A DNA stretch of 64,000 bases from Methanomethylovorans sp. (GTDB taxonomy: Archaea > Halobacteriota > Methanosarcinia > Methanosarcinales > Methanosarcinaceae), in the NCBI RefSeq assembly GCF_041305605.1, contig NZ_JBFYLB010000170.1, positions 3,542 to 67,541 of the forward strand. Reading direction: 5' to 3'. The position numbers and the translations under genes are program-made. How positions within the stretch are numbered: position 1 is the first letter of the stretch; every line of letters starts with the position of its first letter. The notes below the pieces were generated by a model. That model had not been told where the DNA came from, did no database searches, and was given only the letters and a program-made list of their open reading frames with translations. Below are positions 48,150 to 58,882 of the stretch, in pieces.

Positions 48150-48601
48150 TCCACCATATAAGTTTGCGAGTGATAGCTCACTCGACAGAAGAAAAATCCA
48201 GGGTTATGGATACCCTGGGTTTGTTTTTAAAGAACTCTCTCAAGAAGAAGTTTCCCAATTCTTTGGCAGAGATAGTTGATACGGTCGAAGCTGAAGGACA
48301 CTATGGGAACCCAATAACTATTTTCAGCATACAGCTCACCCGTAAGCATGACACAAAGGCTTTCTCTGAGTTCGTCCACAATAATATGACATTGGAAGAT
48401 ATTGAAATCCTTAGAAGAGAAATGCCCGACAGGCTTGATGAGGATCAGTTATTTCATCTGCGCTTTGATAAACAAGAAGCTTACATGGGTCGTGTAAAAC
48501 TCGTGTCATCCTCCGATGCCATTACTGCTAAAGTGAAGATAGAAACATACCCTAAGAACAGGGAAATGGCTGGAAAGATAGTGGAGGAGTTATTTGGTTG
48601 A
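48146..48601 (+). CDS. Predicted RNA-binding protein of the exosome superoperon (COG1931/DUF54-like)
   Basis: 151 aa. [15 protein letters not shown] start and the conserved position between rpl15e and the RNase P subunits. The GTG start overlaps the rpl15e stop. Confidence 0.6.
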   Translation: MIHHISLRVIAHSTEEKSRVMDTLGLFLKNSLKKKFPNSLAEIVDTVEAEGHYGNPITIFSIQLTRKHDTKAFSEFVHNNMTLEDIEILRREMPDRLDEDQLFHLRFDKQEAYMGRVKLVSSSDAITAKVKIETYPKNREMAGKIVEELFG

Positions 48602-49328
48602 AGGTTATTATGACCTTTGCATTCGTTACGTGCCTGAAGATGATCCAGCAATGGAAAGATTCCTCTCACTTACAAAACATTTCGGATTCACAGGTGCGGG
48701 TATAATGGAAGTATCTAATAAAGGGCCTTTACCATATACTAGCCCATGCAATACTTTTTTTGACCTTGTGCATGGAATAGAGATACATGAAGAGAATCCT
48801 TCAAAATTGCACTCCCAGATCAGTCGATATGCTCGAAAGGCTAATTTTGTGATAGTGCAGGGAGGGTCGGATAAACTCAACAGGTCGGCAGTTGAAACCT
48901 CGAATGTGGATATATTATCATTACCTTTTGGCATTAAGGACAGTGGCCTAGATCATGTGATCGCAAAATCTGCTGCTGACAGAGGAATTGCCTTAGAATT
49001 CGATGTGGGATCACTGATAAGATATAGAGGCGGGAAAAGAGTGCATGCACTATCAGAACTTGAGCAGCGCCTGATGCTTGCAAGAAAGTTCAAAGTGCAT
49101 ATGGTGCTAACAAGTGGTGCGCGGTCCATTTACGACATAAGAGGACCAAGAGAGCTCATAGCATTGGCAAGTTTATTCGGGATGTCAAAGGAAGAAGCAA
49201 TAGAAGCCATGACACTTACACCCACTGCTATACTTAAAACAAAAAGAAAAGCTAGTAGCTATATTATGGATGGTGTTGAACTCATGGAAGAACAGGTTTA
49301 TCCTGAAAAGCAGGAGGATTTCTGTTGA
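48594..49328 (+). CDS. rnp3: RNase P protein component 3 (Rpp30 homolog, TIM-barrel PHP-like)
   Basis: YYDLCI start, NVDILS, ALEFD. Conserved position before rnp2. TTG start after GTGGAGGAG. Confidence 0.75.
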   Translation: MVEGYYDLCIRYVPEDDPAMERFLSLTKHFGFTGAGIMEVSNKGPLPYTSPCNTFFDLVHGIEIHEENPSKLHSQISRYARKANFVIVQGGSDKLNRSAVETSNVDILSLPFGIKDSGLDHVIAKSAADRGIALEFDVGSLIRYRGGKRVHALSELEQRLMLARKFKVHMVLTSGARSIYDIRGPRELIALASLFGMSKEEAIEAMTLTPTAILKTKRKASSYIMDGVELMEEQVYPEKQEDFC

Positions 49329-49690
49329 AAATACTTCCATCCAGTTTGAGAGAAAGGAAACGTTATCTTGCAATAGAGATAATAACAGAACGTGATGTGT
49401 CAAGAGAAGAACTTTTACGCGAGATGTTCGCTGCCACAGGATCACTGTTTGGTGATATAGGTTCCAGTGAATGCGGATTAAGATTGCTGGATTTTGAGAA
49501 ACAGAAAGGTATACTTCGCTGTTCCCATATGATGGCAGAGAGATCTCGTGCAGCGCTTGCCACTATAACCAGTATTGGAGGGCAACGTGCAATAGTACAT
49601 GTGCTGGGCATATCAGGAACTGTGCAAGGTGCGACACAAAAGTATATACAGTGTGCAGCCATATCAGAAACCGAGCACATTAATATATAA
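49325..49690 (+). CDS. rnp2: RNase P protein component 2 (Pop5 homolog)
   Basis: LPSSLRERKRYLAIEI N-terminus typical of Pop5. 4-nt overlap with rnp3. Confidence 0.8.
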   Translation: MKILPSSLRERKRYLAIEIITERDVSREELLREMFAATGSLFGDIGSSECGLRLLDFEKQKGILRCSHMMAERSRAALATITSIGGQRAIVHVLGISGTVQGATQKYIQCAAISETEHINI

Positions 49691-49758
49691 GTAATAACAA
49701 TGTTCATAGAACAGAGCCGAAGAATAGACAATTTGATAATAATAGGAGATGATTAGAT

Positions 49759-50544
49759 ATGCAAATGACGCCACAGATGGGTTATGATCGTGCCATCACA
49801 GTATTTAGTCCGGATGGAAGGCTCTTTCAAGTGGAATATGCCAGAGAAGCCGTGAAAAGAGGAACAACTGCGGCAGGCATCAAGGCAAAGGAAGGCGTTG
49901 TACTTCTAGTGGATAAAAGAATTACCAGCAGGCTAATCGAAGCTGAATCCATAGAGAAGATATTCCAGATAGACAGCCACATAGGTGTTGCTACTTCAGG
50001 ATTAGTGGCCGATGCCCGTTCACTGGTTGACAGAGCCAGAGTTGAAGCACAGATCAACAAAGTATCCTACGATGAAAACATAGGTGTTGAAGTGCTTGCA
50101 AAGAAGATTTGCGATCACAAACAGAATTACACACAGTTTGGAGGGGTCAGGCCCTATGGAACTGCACTTCTTATAGCAGGTGTAGACGATACCCGACCAA
50201 GACTATTTGAAAGTGATCCAAGTGGTGCCTTACTGGAATATAAAGCCACGGCTATTGGTGCCGGGAGAAACACTTTTATGGAAGTGTTCGAGGCTGAGTA
50301 TCGCGGGGATCTGAGCATTGATGAAGCAATTCTGCTTGGAATGACTGCCTTATACAAGTCCACCGAAGGAAAGCTTGATGCTGCAACACTGGAAGTAGGA
50401 GTAGTCACACTGCAGGACCGCACATTCCGCAAGCTTGCAGAAGAAGAAGTACAGCAATATGTATCGAAGGTCCTTGAAGAACAGAAGAAAGAAGTAAAAG
50501 AGGACACAGGCTCTATTTCCAATAATGAAGCTGCAGGCGAGTGA
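49759..50544 (+). CDS. psmA: Proteasome subunit alpha
   Basis: [28 protein letters not shown] is the alpha-subunit N-terminal signature. Confidence 0.9.
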   Translation: MQMTPQMGYDRAITVFSPDGRLFQVEYAREAVKRGTTAAGIKAKEGVVLLVDKRITSRLIEAESIEKIFQIDSHIGVATSGLVADARSLVDRARVEAQINKVSYDENIGVEVLAKKICDHKQNYTQFGGVRPYGTALLIAGVDDTRPRLFESDPSGALLEYKATAIGAGRNTFMEVFEAEYRGDLSIDEAILLGMTALYKSTEGKLDAATLEVGVVTLQDRTFRKLAEEEVQQYVSKVLEEQKKEVKEDTGSISNNEAAGE

Positions 50545-50596
50545 AAGAACTCACGTGATATAAAATTACTCCGTGTATGAAAGAGGGGGATATAAG

Positions 50597-51289
50597 ATGG
50601 TATCTCTTGATGAATCCGTTATTGCAAGGCTTAAAAAGGGCAAGAATCACTACGAGGTCTTTGTTGAGCCAGAGGGAGCACTGGCATTGAGAAAAGGAGA
50701 TGATGCAAAGATCGAAGACATCATTGCAGTAGAATCCATTTTTACTGATGCAGGCCAGGGAGAACATGCATCTGAATCCGATCTACTCAATATTTTTGGT
50801 ACAGTAGATGCCCTGGTCATTGCAAAGGAGATCATTTCACATGGAGAACTGCAGTTAACCAAGGAGCAGAGAAAGAGAATCCTTGAAGAGAAAACCAAGC
50901 GCATAATTAGTACGATCGCACAGAATGCAATAAATCCACAGACCAAAGCCCCACACCCCCCTTCCAGAATAGAGAAGGCCATGGAAGAGGCAAAGGTGCA
51001 TATCGATCCATTTAAACCCGTGGATGAACAAGTAATGATCGTCATGAAGGCAATCCGGCCTATCATACCCATACGCTTTGAAGAAGTGCAGATAGCCGTA
51101 AAGGTACCTGGGGAATATGCACCGAAATCATATGGGGAGATCGCCAAGTTTGGAACTCTGATCAGGGAAGAGTGGCAACGTGATGGCTCCTGGGTAGGCA
51201 TTGTAAAAATGCCAGCGGGAATGCAGAACGATTTTTATGGTCTTGTGAACCATCTCACCAAGGGTGATGCTGAAACTAAACTTTTATAA
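50597..51289 (+). CDS. Ribosome maturation protein SBDS/Sdo1
   Basis: [21 protein letters not shown]...[19 protein letters not shown] domain. The start is set at ATG 50597, after GAGGGGGA. Confidence 0.85.
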   Translation: MVSLDESVIARLKKGKNHYEVFVEPEGALALRKGDDAKIEDIIAVESIFTDAGQGEHASESDLLNIFGTVDALVIAKEIISHGELQLTKEQRKRILEEKTKRIISTIAQNAINPQTKAPHPPSRIEKAMEEAKVHIDPFKPVDEQVMIVMKAIRPIIPIRFEEVQIAVKVPGEYAPKSYGEIAKFGTLIREEWQRDGSWVGIVKMPAGMQNDFYGLVNHLTKGDAETKLL

Positions 51290-51300
51290 GAGGCTAGATA

Positions 51301-52119
51301 ATGGATAGAGAAATTGTAGTTCCGGGTCAACTTCTTTCCGAGAATACGAATGAATCGGGCTCCGGAACCTATGTAAAGGAGGGAAAGGTATATTCCCTTC
51401 TTTATGGAGTAACTAATGTAAAGAACAGGATATCGGTTATTCCTTTTTCAGGAAAGTACATTCCTTCAAGAAAGGATTTTGTAATAGGTACTGTTTTTGA
51501 GATAACCTCTTCCAACTGGATCTTTGATATTGGCTCTCCTTATGATGGTCTGTTGCATGTATCAGAGTACCCACGACGTGTGGAATCTTCCATGATGCGA
51601 GAGATATTCAACATAGGGGATTGTGCTATCCTCAGAATAAAAGATGTTGATGCTTCCATGAAGATAGAACTTACCCTTAGAGAGAAAGGGTTAAGGAAGA
51701 TCAAAGGAGGAAGGCTGCTTGAAGTACCGCCTTCGAAGGTTCCTCGTGTTATCGGACACAATGGTTCCATGGTCTCAATGTTGAAGAAGGAAACTGACTG
51801 TGAGATATTTGTCGGGCAGAATGGGAGGATATGGATAAATGGCAAAGATGAGAATATGGATAAACTTTCAGAAGCCATTGATATGATCATCCGCGAATCC
51901 CACACATCTGGCCTGACAGATAAGATCAGCCAATTCCTGGAAGTACAAAAAGAAAATGAAATGGACCATGAAGAAGAGAGAGTAGAAGAAATTGATGCCG
52001 ATCTGGAGAAAACAGTAGAAACTGTAACCTCTGAAGATGAAGAAGATGCTGAAGACGTGGAAAAGATAGACGAAACCAGCAAAAAAGTAGATCAGTTACT
52101 TGATACAGAGGAAAACTGA
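51301..52119 (+). CDS. rrp4: Exosome complex RNA-binding subunit Rrp4 (S1 + KH), with an acidic C-terminal tail
   Basis: VVPGQLL...YIPSRKDFVIGTV S1 region and VPRVIGHNGSMVSML KH GxxG motif. The last 60 or so residues are Asp/Glu-rich. Confidence 0.85.
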   Translation: MDREIVVPGQLLSENTNESGSGTYVKEGKVYSLLYGVTNVKNRISVIPFSGKYIPSRKDFVIGTVFEITSSNWIFDIGSPYDGLLHVSEYPRRVESSMMREIFNIGDCAILRIKDVDASMKIELTLREKGLRKIKGGRLLEVPPSKVPRVIGHNGSMVSMLKKETDCEIFVGQNGRIWINGKDENMDKLSEAIDMIIRESHTSGLTDKISQFLEVQKENEMDHEEERVEEIDADLEKTVETVTSEDEEDAEDVEKIDETSKKVDQLLDTEEN

Positions 52120-52183
52120 AAGTTACTGTATGTTCTGCATATGATCGGAAGAATTAAGATTGGTGTATATTGGAGAATGTATT

Positions 52184-53167
52184 ATGGCTAATAAACCTGA
52201 GAAGTTCATTGATGAGAACGGCCTGCGCCTGGATGGACGGGCAGTTGATGAGATCAGGCCCATGACCATCGAGATAGGTGTCTTATCAAGGGCTGATGGT
52301 TCATGTTATCTGGAGTGGGGCAAGAACAAGATACTGGCGGCCGTATATGGTCCAAGGGAACTGCACCCCCGCAGGATGCAGAAACCCGATGAGGCAATAG
52401 TAAGATACAGATATAATATGGCAGCTTTTTCTGTGGAGGACCGGGCAAGACCGGGACCAAACAGAAGGAGCATTGAGATCTCAAAAGTGAGCAGAGATGC
52501 TTTTGCTCCTATTATTATGACGAAGTATTACCCAAGCGCAGTAATAGACGTGTTTGCAGAAGTGCTTCAGGCAGATGCAGGTACAAGGACAGCAGCTATT
52601 AACGCCGCATCCATTGCCCTTGCAGATGCCGGAATTCCTATGAAAGGACTAATATCAGCATGTGCCGTGGGTAAAGTGAATGGTCAGCTTGTACTTGACC
52701 TTAACAAAGATGAAGACAACTTTGGAGATGCGGACCTCCCTATTGCCATGACCCAGGATGGCGAGATATCTCTCCTCCAGATGGATGGAAACCTGACAAA
52801 GGAAGAGTTCAAAAGAGCATTGGAAATGGCAAAAGAAGGCTGCCAACAAATTCTTGAGATCCAGAAGGAAGCCTTGAAAAAGAAGTTCGCATCTCGCGAG
52901 GAAGTCGTAGAAAGCCTTGTAGAAGTAGATGAAGAAAAGCTGGATGATATACCGGATGAGATAGAGATCATCGAAGAAGATATTGAAGCATGCGACTTTG
53001 AAGATGAAGAAGGCATCGAAGTGATCGTAGTTAAAACAGATGCATCTGAGCCTGCTGAAGTGACCTCCGATGATGAGTTTACAGAATTTACTGACGATGA
53101 AGACTCCGAAAAGGCTGATTCCGAGGATTCTGAAGCAGAGAAGGTAGGTGAAAAATATGAGCAGTGA
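52184..53167 (+). CDS. rrp41: Exosome complex exonuclease Rrp41 (RNase PH fold), with an acidic C-terminal extension of about 85 aa
   Basis: [36 protein letters not shown] and [13 protein letters not shown] blocks. The start is set at ATG 52184. Confidence 0.85.
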   Translation: MANKPEKFIDENGLRLDGRAVDEIRPMTIEIGVLSRADGSCYLEWGKNKILAAVYGPRELHPRRMQKPDEAIVRYRYNMAAFSVEDRARPGPNRRSIEISKVSRDAFAPIIMTKYYPSAVIDVFAEVLQADAGTRTAAINAASIALADAGIPMKGLISACAVGKVNGQLVLDLNKDEDNFGDADLPIAMTQDGEISLLQMDGNLTKEEFKRALEMAKEGCQQILEIQKEALKKKFASREEVVESLVEVDEEKLDDIPDEIEIIEEDIEACDFEDEEGIEVIVVKTDASEPAEVTSDDEFTEFTDDEDSEKADSEDSEAEKVGEKYEQ

Positions 53168-53939
53168 AGTAATGGCCTCACTGAAGAAGGACTACATCTA
53201 CAACCTGATGCTCAAAGGGAAACGCGAAGATGGTCGCTCGTTCGATGAGTATCGAAAAATTACCGTGCAGACGAATGTTATTGATAAGGCTGAAGGTTCT
53301 GCAAAGGTATGCATCGGAGAGACCCAGGTACTGGTAGGTGTTAAAGTACAGGTAGGTGCCCCTTTCCCCGATTCACCGGACGAAGGAGTAATTATCACAA
53401 ACCTGGAGATGAATCCACTTGCTTCACCGGACTTCGAGGCAGGACCACCAAAAGAGGGCGCAATTGAGATGGCGAGGGTCACCGACAGAGGAATCCGGGA
53501 ATCAGGCGCAATTGATTTAAACAAGTTATGTATTACGGAAGGAGAAGAAGTCTGGATCGTATTCATAGATGTGCATGTACTGAATGACGATGGCAATCTT
53601 CAGGATGCCTCATGCCTTGGTGCGATCGCTGCCCTCATGACTGCAAAGATCCCGGCCAAAAGAGAAGGCAAGGGAGAAGACATGATGATGCCAATCAGGG
53701 ATATACCCGTAGGTATTACACTGGTGGACATAGGTGGGGAATTGATGCTCGATCCGGGACTCTCAGAGGAAACTGTAGCAGATTCAAAATTGACCATAGC
53801 ATCCAACCAGAACGGCTCGATCTCTGCAATGCAGAAAACAGGAGAGGGCATGCTAACACAGGAACAGCTGTTGAAAGCAGTGGACATGGCATGTGCTAAA
53901 GCTGAAGAGATCAGAGAAAAATACCTGATGAACATCTGA
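53157..53939 (+). CDS. rrp42: Exosome complex subunit Rrp42 (inactive RNase PH fold)
   Basis: [24 protein letters not shown] and DDGNLQDAS blocks. ATG 6 nt after AGGTGA, overlapping the rrp41 3' end. Confidence 0.85.
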   Translation: MSSEVMASLKKDYIYNLMLKGKREDGRSFDEYRKITVQTNVIDKAEGSAKVCIGETQVLVGVKVQVGAPFPDSPDEGVIITNLEMNPLASPDFEAGPPKEGAIEMARVTDRGIRESGAIDLNKLCITEGEEVWIVFIDVHVLNDDGNLQDASCLGAIAALMTAKIPAKREGKGEDMMMPIRDIPVGITLVDIGGELMLDPGLSEETVADSKLTIASNQNGSISAMQKTGEGMLTQEQLLKAVDMACAKAEEIREKYLMNI

Positions 53940-54001
53940 TGCCAAATGGTCATTGACATAAAAAGTTAATTTCACTATACTGAAGATCAAGGAGAATGCT
54001 C

Positions 54002-54289
54002 ATGGCAAAGAAATATTCAAGGAAAGGACGTGTGACCAGATCTGCAGGGAGATTTGGTGTGAGATATGGTAGGAAAGATCGCAAACTGGTTGCAGATCTT
54101 GAACAAAAAATGCATATGCCCCACACCTGTGCAAAGTGTGCCCGTCCGACCGTTAGGAGAATAGGTACAGGCATCTGGCAGTGCAAAAAATGCGGCCATA
54201 CTTTTGCAGGCGGAACATTCCTGCCTCAGACACCTGTGGGCCTTACAGTTGCCCGCTCTGTAAAGAAGGCAACAGAAATCCTGGAGTGA
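54002..54289 (+). CDS. rpl37ae: 50S ribosomal protein L37Ae
   Basis: [23 protein letters not shown] and zinc ribbon CAKC...CKKCG. Confidence 0.9.
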   Translation: MAKKYSRKGRVTRSAGRFGVRYGRKDRKLVADLEQKMHMPHTCAKCARPTVRRIGTGIWQCKKCGHTFAGGTFLPQTPVGLTVARSVKKATEILE

Positions 54290-54301
54290 GTGATAACAAC
54301 T

Positions 54302-54439
54302 ATGGGATACAAGTGCACACGTTGCAAAAAAATGGTAGAGATAAATTATAAGGCGTTAGGTATACGTTGCGACTATTGCGGGCATCGCATACTTGTCAAG
54401 GAAAGGCCTACCTCTATCAAAAAAATAAAAGCCGAGTAA
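54302..54439 (+). CDS. rpoP: DNA-directed RNA polymerase subunit P (Rpo12/RpoP)
   Basis: Own translation: [45 protein letters not shown]. CxxC-x14-CxxC ribbon in the usual slot after rpl37ae. Too short for the ORF track. Confidence 0.8.
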   Translation: MGYKCTRCKKMVEINYKALGIRCDYCGHRILVKERPTSIKKIKAE

Positions 54440-54444
54440 GAAGT

Positions 54445-54900
54445 ATGTTGATTACTTCTTCTCGCAAACCTTCCATAAATACCAGGGCTCTTTGCAAGAA
54501 TCTTGCCTCTTTTTTTCAGTGCGAGTGTATCAACCGTGGCAAGATGGGAATGAAAGAAACTCTTTCCCTGATAGAAGATGGTCATGGTCCATTATTGATA
54601 GTCGGAGAATACCACGGGAATCCCGGAAGCTTAATATTCCATGCACCGGATGGAAGAGAGCTTCTTTCGATCCGGATAAGCGTAACTGCTGTAAGCAAGC
54701 TTTCTAAAAAAAGGAATCAAAATGTCGAGCCCGTGGCAACCGGTCACGCTGACATCGCACCGATCCTGGCTAAGATGGTTGCAATGGAATTAGTAGATGA
54801 GCCCTCTTCCCCTCTTGTACTCGACATATCAAATGATCATCTCAATTTTCTCTATGATGGCCAACAACTGTTCAGATTGAACATTAAAAGTATCCGGTAG
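54445..54900 (+). CDS. Brix-domain (Imp4-like) ribosome biogenesis protein
   Basis: MLITSSRKPS..TRALCKNLA start typical of archaeal Brix proteins. Conserved position after rpoP. The start is set at ATG 54445. Confidence 0.7.
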   Translation: MLITSSRKPSINTRALCKNLASFFQCECINRGKMGMKETLSLIEDGHGPLLIVGEYHGNPGSLIFHAPDGRELLSIRISVTAVSKLSKKRNQNVEPVATGHADIAPILAKMVAMELVDEPSSPLVLDISNDHLNFLYDGQQLFRLNIKSIR

Positions 54901-54908
54901 GCGATCCA

Positions 54909-55163
54909 GTGGAAGCAACTGCAGAATCAGTCTTTGAAACAGACAAAGCGCTTCTTATTTACAGAGCCTTGATGCCTGAGATTGAAACACCGGTAACCGA
55001 TAGGTCTGAAATACATCTGCAAGTGCTCGAAGGCAGACTGATTTTGAAAGTAGGTGCATCAGACCTTGTTTCCCTGCGTTCCACAATGAATACCTGGTTA
55101 CGCCTGATACAGGTGGCATACGAAGTACTGGAGCATACAAAAGGGGAAATGCAGTCCAATTAG
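54909..55163 (+). CDS. pcc1: KEOPS complex subunit Pcc1
   Basis: KALLIYRALMPEI....RSEIHLQV.EGRLILKVGASDLVSLRSTMNTWLRLIQVAYEVLE matches the Pcc1/CTAG pattern. GTG start. Conserved slot before prefoldin beta. Confidence 0.7.
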   Translation: MEATAESVFETDKALLIYRALMPEIETPVTDRSEIHLQVLEGRLILKVGASDLVSLRSTMNTWLRLIQVAYEVLEHTKGEMQSN

Positions 55164-55211
55164 AGAAACATTAAAATCATTTAAGGTTAATTCAGGTTCA
55201 GGTGAAACCAC

Positions 55212-55565
55212 ATGAGTACGCAAATACCCCCTCAAGTACAGAACCAGATTGCTCAGTTGCAGCAGGTTCAACAGCAAGCGCAATCACTTGCCATTCAGAA
55301 GTCCCAGATGGAGACGCTACAGAAAGAATCTGAACTTGCTCTAGAGGAACTTGAAAAACTATCAGATGATGTTATAATATACAGGACAGTAGGTGACCTG
55401 CAGATAAGATCTGAAAAGCAGGAAACTATCTCCAAGCTCAAAGAAAAAATAGAAACATTATCCTTAAGGATTCAATCTATCTCAAGACAGGAAGAGCGCA
55501 TTTCAAAACGTTTTACTCAACTGCAGGAACAACTACAGCAGTCAATGGGCCAGCAGGCACAGTAA
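55212..55565 (+). CDS. pfdB: Prefoldin subunit beta
   Basis: 117 aa coiled coil. QNQIAQLQQ...LEELEKL.DD..IYR.VG.L is typical of prefoldin beta. Confidence 0.85.
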   Translation: MSTQIPPQVQNQIAQLQQVQQQAQSLAIQKSQMETLQKESELALEELEKLSDDVIIYRTVGDLQIRSEKQETISKLKEKIETLSLRIQSISRQEERISKRFTQLQEQLQQSMGQQAQ

Positions 55566-55626
55566 GTGCCCTTCCCCCTGCTTTTTATGCTCATACTACT
55601 TAGTTAAGTGATGAGTAGAGGTTTCC

Positions 55627-56601
55627 ATGCAGGTTGATGAAGTAGAATTCTATAACCGCCTTCTGGACTTCAATAAGATATTATATTTATGCCACCGGAA
55701 TGCTGATCCGGATGCAGTTAGCAGTGCCTATGCACTTGCCGAAGCACTTGGTGGAACTGTCGGACTTGTAGATGGTTGTAACAAGATGGCAACACTGCTT
55801 ATCAATAAGCTGGAAATAGATGTTGTGGACAAGCCCGATCCCTCAGAATACGACATTACCCTGGTAGTGGATACTTCCACAAGTTCCCAGCTTAATGATA
55901 TCAAGCTTGGGAAGTATTGCGTGATCGATCACCATTCTACGACGGCCCTGACCGAGAACGCCGAATTCTATTTGCACCGTAACGCTACATCCACAGCTGA
56001 GATAGTCTTTGATATCCTCAAATGTATGGATGCGCCGATCATGAGGCGCACAGCACTGGGTCTGCTTACGGGTATAGTAACAGACACCGGCCATTTTAAA
56101 CATGCCACATCCGAGACTTTCCGTAACGTTGCGGAGATAGTCATAACCAGTGGAGTGGAATACGCAGATGTGCTGGAAATGATGGCTGCAACCCCTCAGG
56201 ACATATCCATGAGGATAGCAATGCTTAAATGTGCCACCAGAGCCACGATAGAGAGGATAGATGATTGGCTGGTGGTTTGTTCACATGTGAATTCCTTCGG
56301 TGGTGCAGCATCTTCTATGTTCCTCAACATCGGCGCAGATGTAGCTTTCATTGGTACTGAAAGAGATGATACGATCCGGGTGAGCGGACGTGCAAAACGG
56401 GAAGCTGTTAATGTGGGCGTCAACCTGGGAAAGATCATGGAAGAGATAAGTTTCAGGTATGAAGGTACAGGAGGAGGGCATGCAGGAGCCGCCGGGATAG
56501 ATGTAGTGGCAGATATGAATGAAATACTGAACGAATGTAAGGAACGCGTCAGGATGATACTGGAAAATAAACCAAATCCATCCATCTGCGAATCCTTCTG
56601 A
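55627..56601 (+). CDS. DHH/DHHA1 phosphoesterase (NrnA-like oligoribonuclease/pAp phosphatase)
   Basis: CHRNADPDAVSS, VVDTS, VIDHHS and GGGHAGAAG motifs. Confidence 0.75.
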   Translation: MQVDEVEFYNRLLDFNKILYLCHRNADPDAVSSAYALAEALGGTVGLVDGCNKMATLLINKLEIDVVDKPDPSEYDITLVVDTSTSSQLNDIKLGKYCVIDHHSTTALTENAEFYLHRNATSTAEIVFDILKCMDAPIMRRTALGLLTGIVTDTGHFKHATSETFRNVAEIVITSGVEYADVLEMMAATPQDISMRIAMLKCATRATIERIDDWLVVCSHVNSFGGAASSMFLNIGADVAFIGTERDDTIRVSGRAKREAVNVGVNLGKIMEEISFRYEGTGGGHAGAAGIDVVADMNEILNECKERVRMILENKPNPSICESF

Positions 56602-56632
56602 TACTCATATGTCCATAAACAGAGGCGAAGAT

Positions 56633-57937
56633 ATGATAGAATACTGGAATCCTCTTATTGAAAGAATGCCCCCTGAGGAGCTAAATAAATTACAGGAAGA
56701 GAAACTGAAAAGTATAGTAAGATACGTCTATCACCATTCTGACTTTTACAGAAAGAGGTTTGATGAAGCGGGAGTAAAACCGGAAGACATCAAAACCCTT
56801 GCAGATGTAACCAAATTGCCATTTACATATAAAAAAGACCTGAGGGACACTTATCCCACCGGGATGTTCTGCGTGCCCAATGAACAGCTTGCGCGTTTCC
56901 ATGTATCTTCAGGTACAACAGGAAAACCCACTGTAGTCGGATATACGAAGAATGACATAAACGAATGGGCAACATCACTTGCAAGAGCCATGACATCCAT
57001 AGGCGTCGGACGTGGGGATATTATCCAGGTAAGCTATGGTTATGGCCTGTTCACAGGAGGGCTCGGCCTGCATTATGGTGCTGAAGAAGTAGGCTGCACA
57101 GTATTACCCACAAGTTCCGGTAACACAGAAAAGCAGATAGAACTTATGCAAGACCTGGGTACTACGACCATGGCATGTACACCATCTTATTTCCTCTTCA
57201 TGACAGAAGTGGCAAAGAGCATGGGGCTAAGCATAAGGGATGACACTAAGCTTAAGATCGGTATATTCGGAGCCGAGCCATGGTCACAACAGATGCGTGT
57301 TCGAATTGAAGAGATAACTGGAATTAAAGCATACGACGTATTCGGGACCTCAGAGCTCAGTGGTCCTCTTTTCACAGAGTGTACATACCAGGATGGTATC
57401 CACATCTGGGCAGACCAGTTTTTGGTAGAGGTGATCGATCCTGAAACCGGAAGATCTTTGCCTGACGGGGAAAGAGGAGAACTGGTCATTACGACTCTTG
57501 CCAAGGAGGCATTGCCACTTATAAGATACCGTATCGGTGACAACACTGTGCTCAACAAGGAAACCTGCAGATGTGGCCGGACCCATCCGCGTATCATGCG
57601 TATACTTGGCCGTGTGGATGACATGCTTATCATAAGAGGTATCAATGTATTCCCTGGCCAGATAGAGTCTGTGCTCATGAACATTCCGGAAGTAGGGGAA
57701 CACTTCCAGATAATAGTGAACAGAATTAACGAACTTGATGTTATGGCCGTGCAGATAGAAATGACAGATGCTGCCTTTAGCGACAAGGTGAACGATATAA
57801 TAAAGCTGGAAGATAAAGTGGCTTCAGCTTTGCAAAAAGTATTGAACCTGGCCGTGAAAGTGGAGCTTGTGGAACATGGCAGCCTTCCAAGGTCCATGGG
57901 AAAATCCAAGAAGGTCATTGACAACAGGAAATTATAA
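56633..57937 (+). CDS. Phenylacetate--CoA ligase family adenylating enzyme (PaaK / coenzyme F390 synthetase-like)
   Basis: HVSSGTTGKPT AMP-binding P-loop, YGLFTGG and RYRIGD. The start is set at MIEYWNP (56633). Confidence 0.8.
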   Translation: MIEYWNPLIERMPPEELNKLQEEKLKSIVRYVYHHSDFYRKRFDEAGVKPEDIKTLADVTKLPFTYKKDLRDTYPTGMFCVPNEQLARFHVSSGTTGKPTVVGYTKNDINEWATSLARAMTSIGVGRGDIIQVSYGYGLFTGGLGLHYGAEEVGCTVLPTSSGNTEKQIELMQDLGTTTMACTPSYFLFMTEVAKSMGLSIRDDTKLKIGIFGAEPWSQQMRVRIEEITGIKAYDVFGTSELSGPLFTECTYQDGIHIWADQFLVEVIDPETGRSLPDGERGELVITTLAKEALPLIRYRIGDNTVLNKETCRCGRTHPRIMRILGRVDDMLIIRGINVFPGQIESVLMNIPEVGEHFQIIVNRINELDVMAVQIEMTDAAFSDKVNDIIKLEDKVASALQKVLNLAVKVELVEHGSLPRSMGKSKKVIDNRKL

Positions 57938-57980
57938 CAACAGATACCGCATTACCTAATTAGGAACAGATGGTGGTCCT

Positions 57981-58418
57981 ATGGAAAACAAGATAATAAA
58001 GCAGATCTCACTGTTTTCAGAGAACAAGCCTGGAAGGCTTGCAAACATCGCAGATAAGTTCAGAGATGCCGGAGTGAACATCCGGGCTTTCACCATAGCT
58101 GAGGCTGGTGACTTTGGGATCATAAGGATGGTCGTGGACAATCCTGACCTGGCCCACGAAGTATTGCATGAGACAGGTTTCACCGTCTCAGAGACAAATG
58201 TGCTTGGCGTACAGATGGAAGATGTGCCCGGAGGACTGGCTAAGATAGCTGATGTGCTGGGCAAGGAGAACATCAATATAGATTATGCCTATGCTTTCGT
58301 CACAAAGACCGAAAAAGCACTGCTCATCCTCAGGGTCAACGACATAAAAACTGCTGTTAATGCTCTGGAAAGAAATGACATTAAACTGATAGATATGCGG
58401 GATATAGAAGGTATATAA
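57981..58418 (+). CDS. Tandem ACT-domain protein
   Basis: Two repeats of the ENKPGRLA../EDVPGGLA.. ACT beta-alpha-beta start. Commonly paired with PaaK-like ligases in archaea. Confidence 0.7.
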   Translation: MENKIIKQISLFSENKPGRLANIADKFRDAGVNIRAFTIAEAGDFGIIRMVVDNPDLAHEVLHETGFTVSETNVLGVQMEDVPGGLAKIADVLGKENINIDYAYAFVTKTEKALLILRVNDIKTAVNALERNDIKLIDMRDIEGI

Positions 58419-58509
58419 ACCGACATCCTGCCTCTTTTTAACCTTCCGATTCCTGCGATTTCAGGTAAAACCACTATGATTTTATAGAACTTCTTAGAAT
58501 TCCCATGAG

Positions 58510-58866
58510 ATGAAAGAGGACATCAGACAGTGTTCTACGGTCGTACAGCCCCGTAATAAGATTGGAGGCTCCCATACGACAATAATTGGTGGCAGGCATG
58601 GCAAAAAACTTGTGCGGCTCATAAGCCACCACGCAGAAGTGAAAAAGATAGTGCCTTCCGTGATCACTGTAAGGGGAAAGAGCAATCCCGGTGGCCTTAT
58701 CATTGGCAAAGTATTACGTCCGGATGAGAGGGGCAACCTAAGGTTGCTGATCTCCCATGGTACATCTTCCCAGGAACTAAGAATTGTCACAACTGTGGGA
58801 GATGTGCAAAGTGGAGAGCGCGTAATGAATGAATTGAATCGAATGATAGTAGAACATATCAATTGA
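58510..58866 (+). CDS. Conserved archaeal hypothetical protein (possibly DUF2103-like)
   Basis: 118 aa basic protein, GGSHTTIIGGRHGKK...ISHGTSSQELRIVT. The family assignment is from weak memory only. Confidence 0.45.
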   Translation: MKEDIRQCSTVVQPRNKIGGSHTTIIGGRHGKKLVRLISHHAEVKKIVPSVITVRGKSNPGGLIIGKVLRPDERGNLRLLISHGTSSQELRIVTTVGDVQSGERVMNELNRMIVEHIN

Positions 58867-58882
58867 ACGGAGTCCGGATAAA

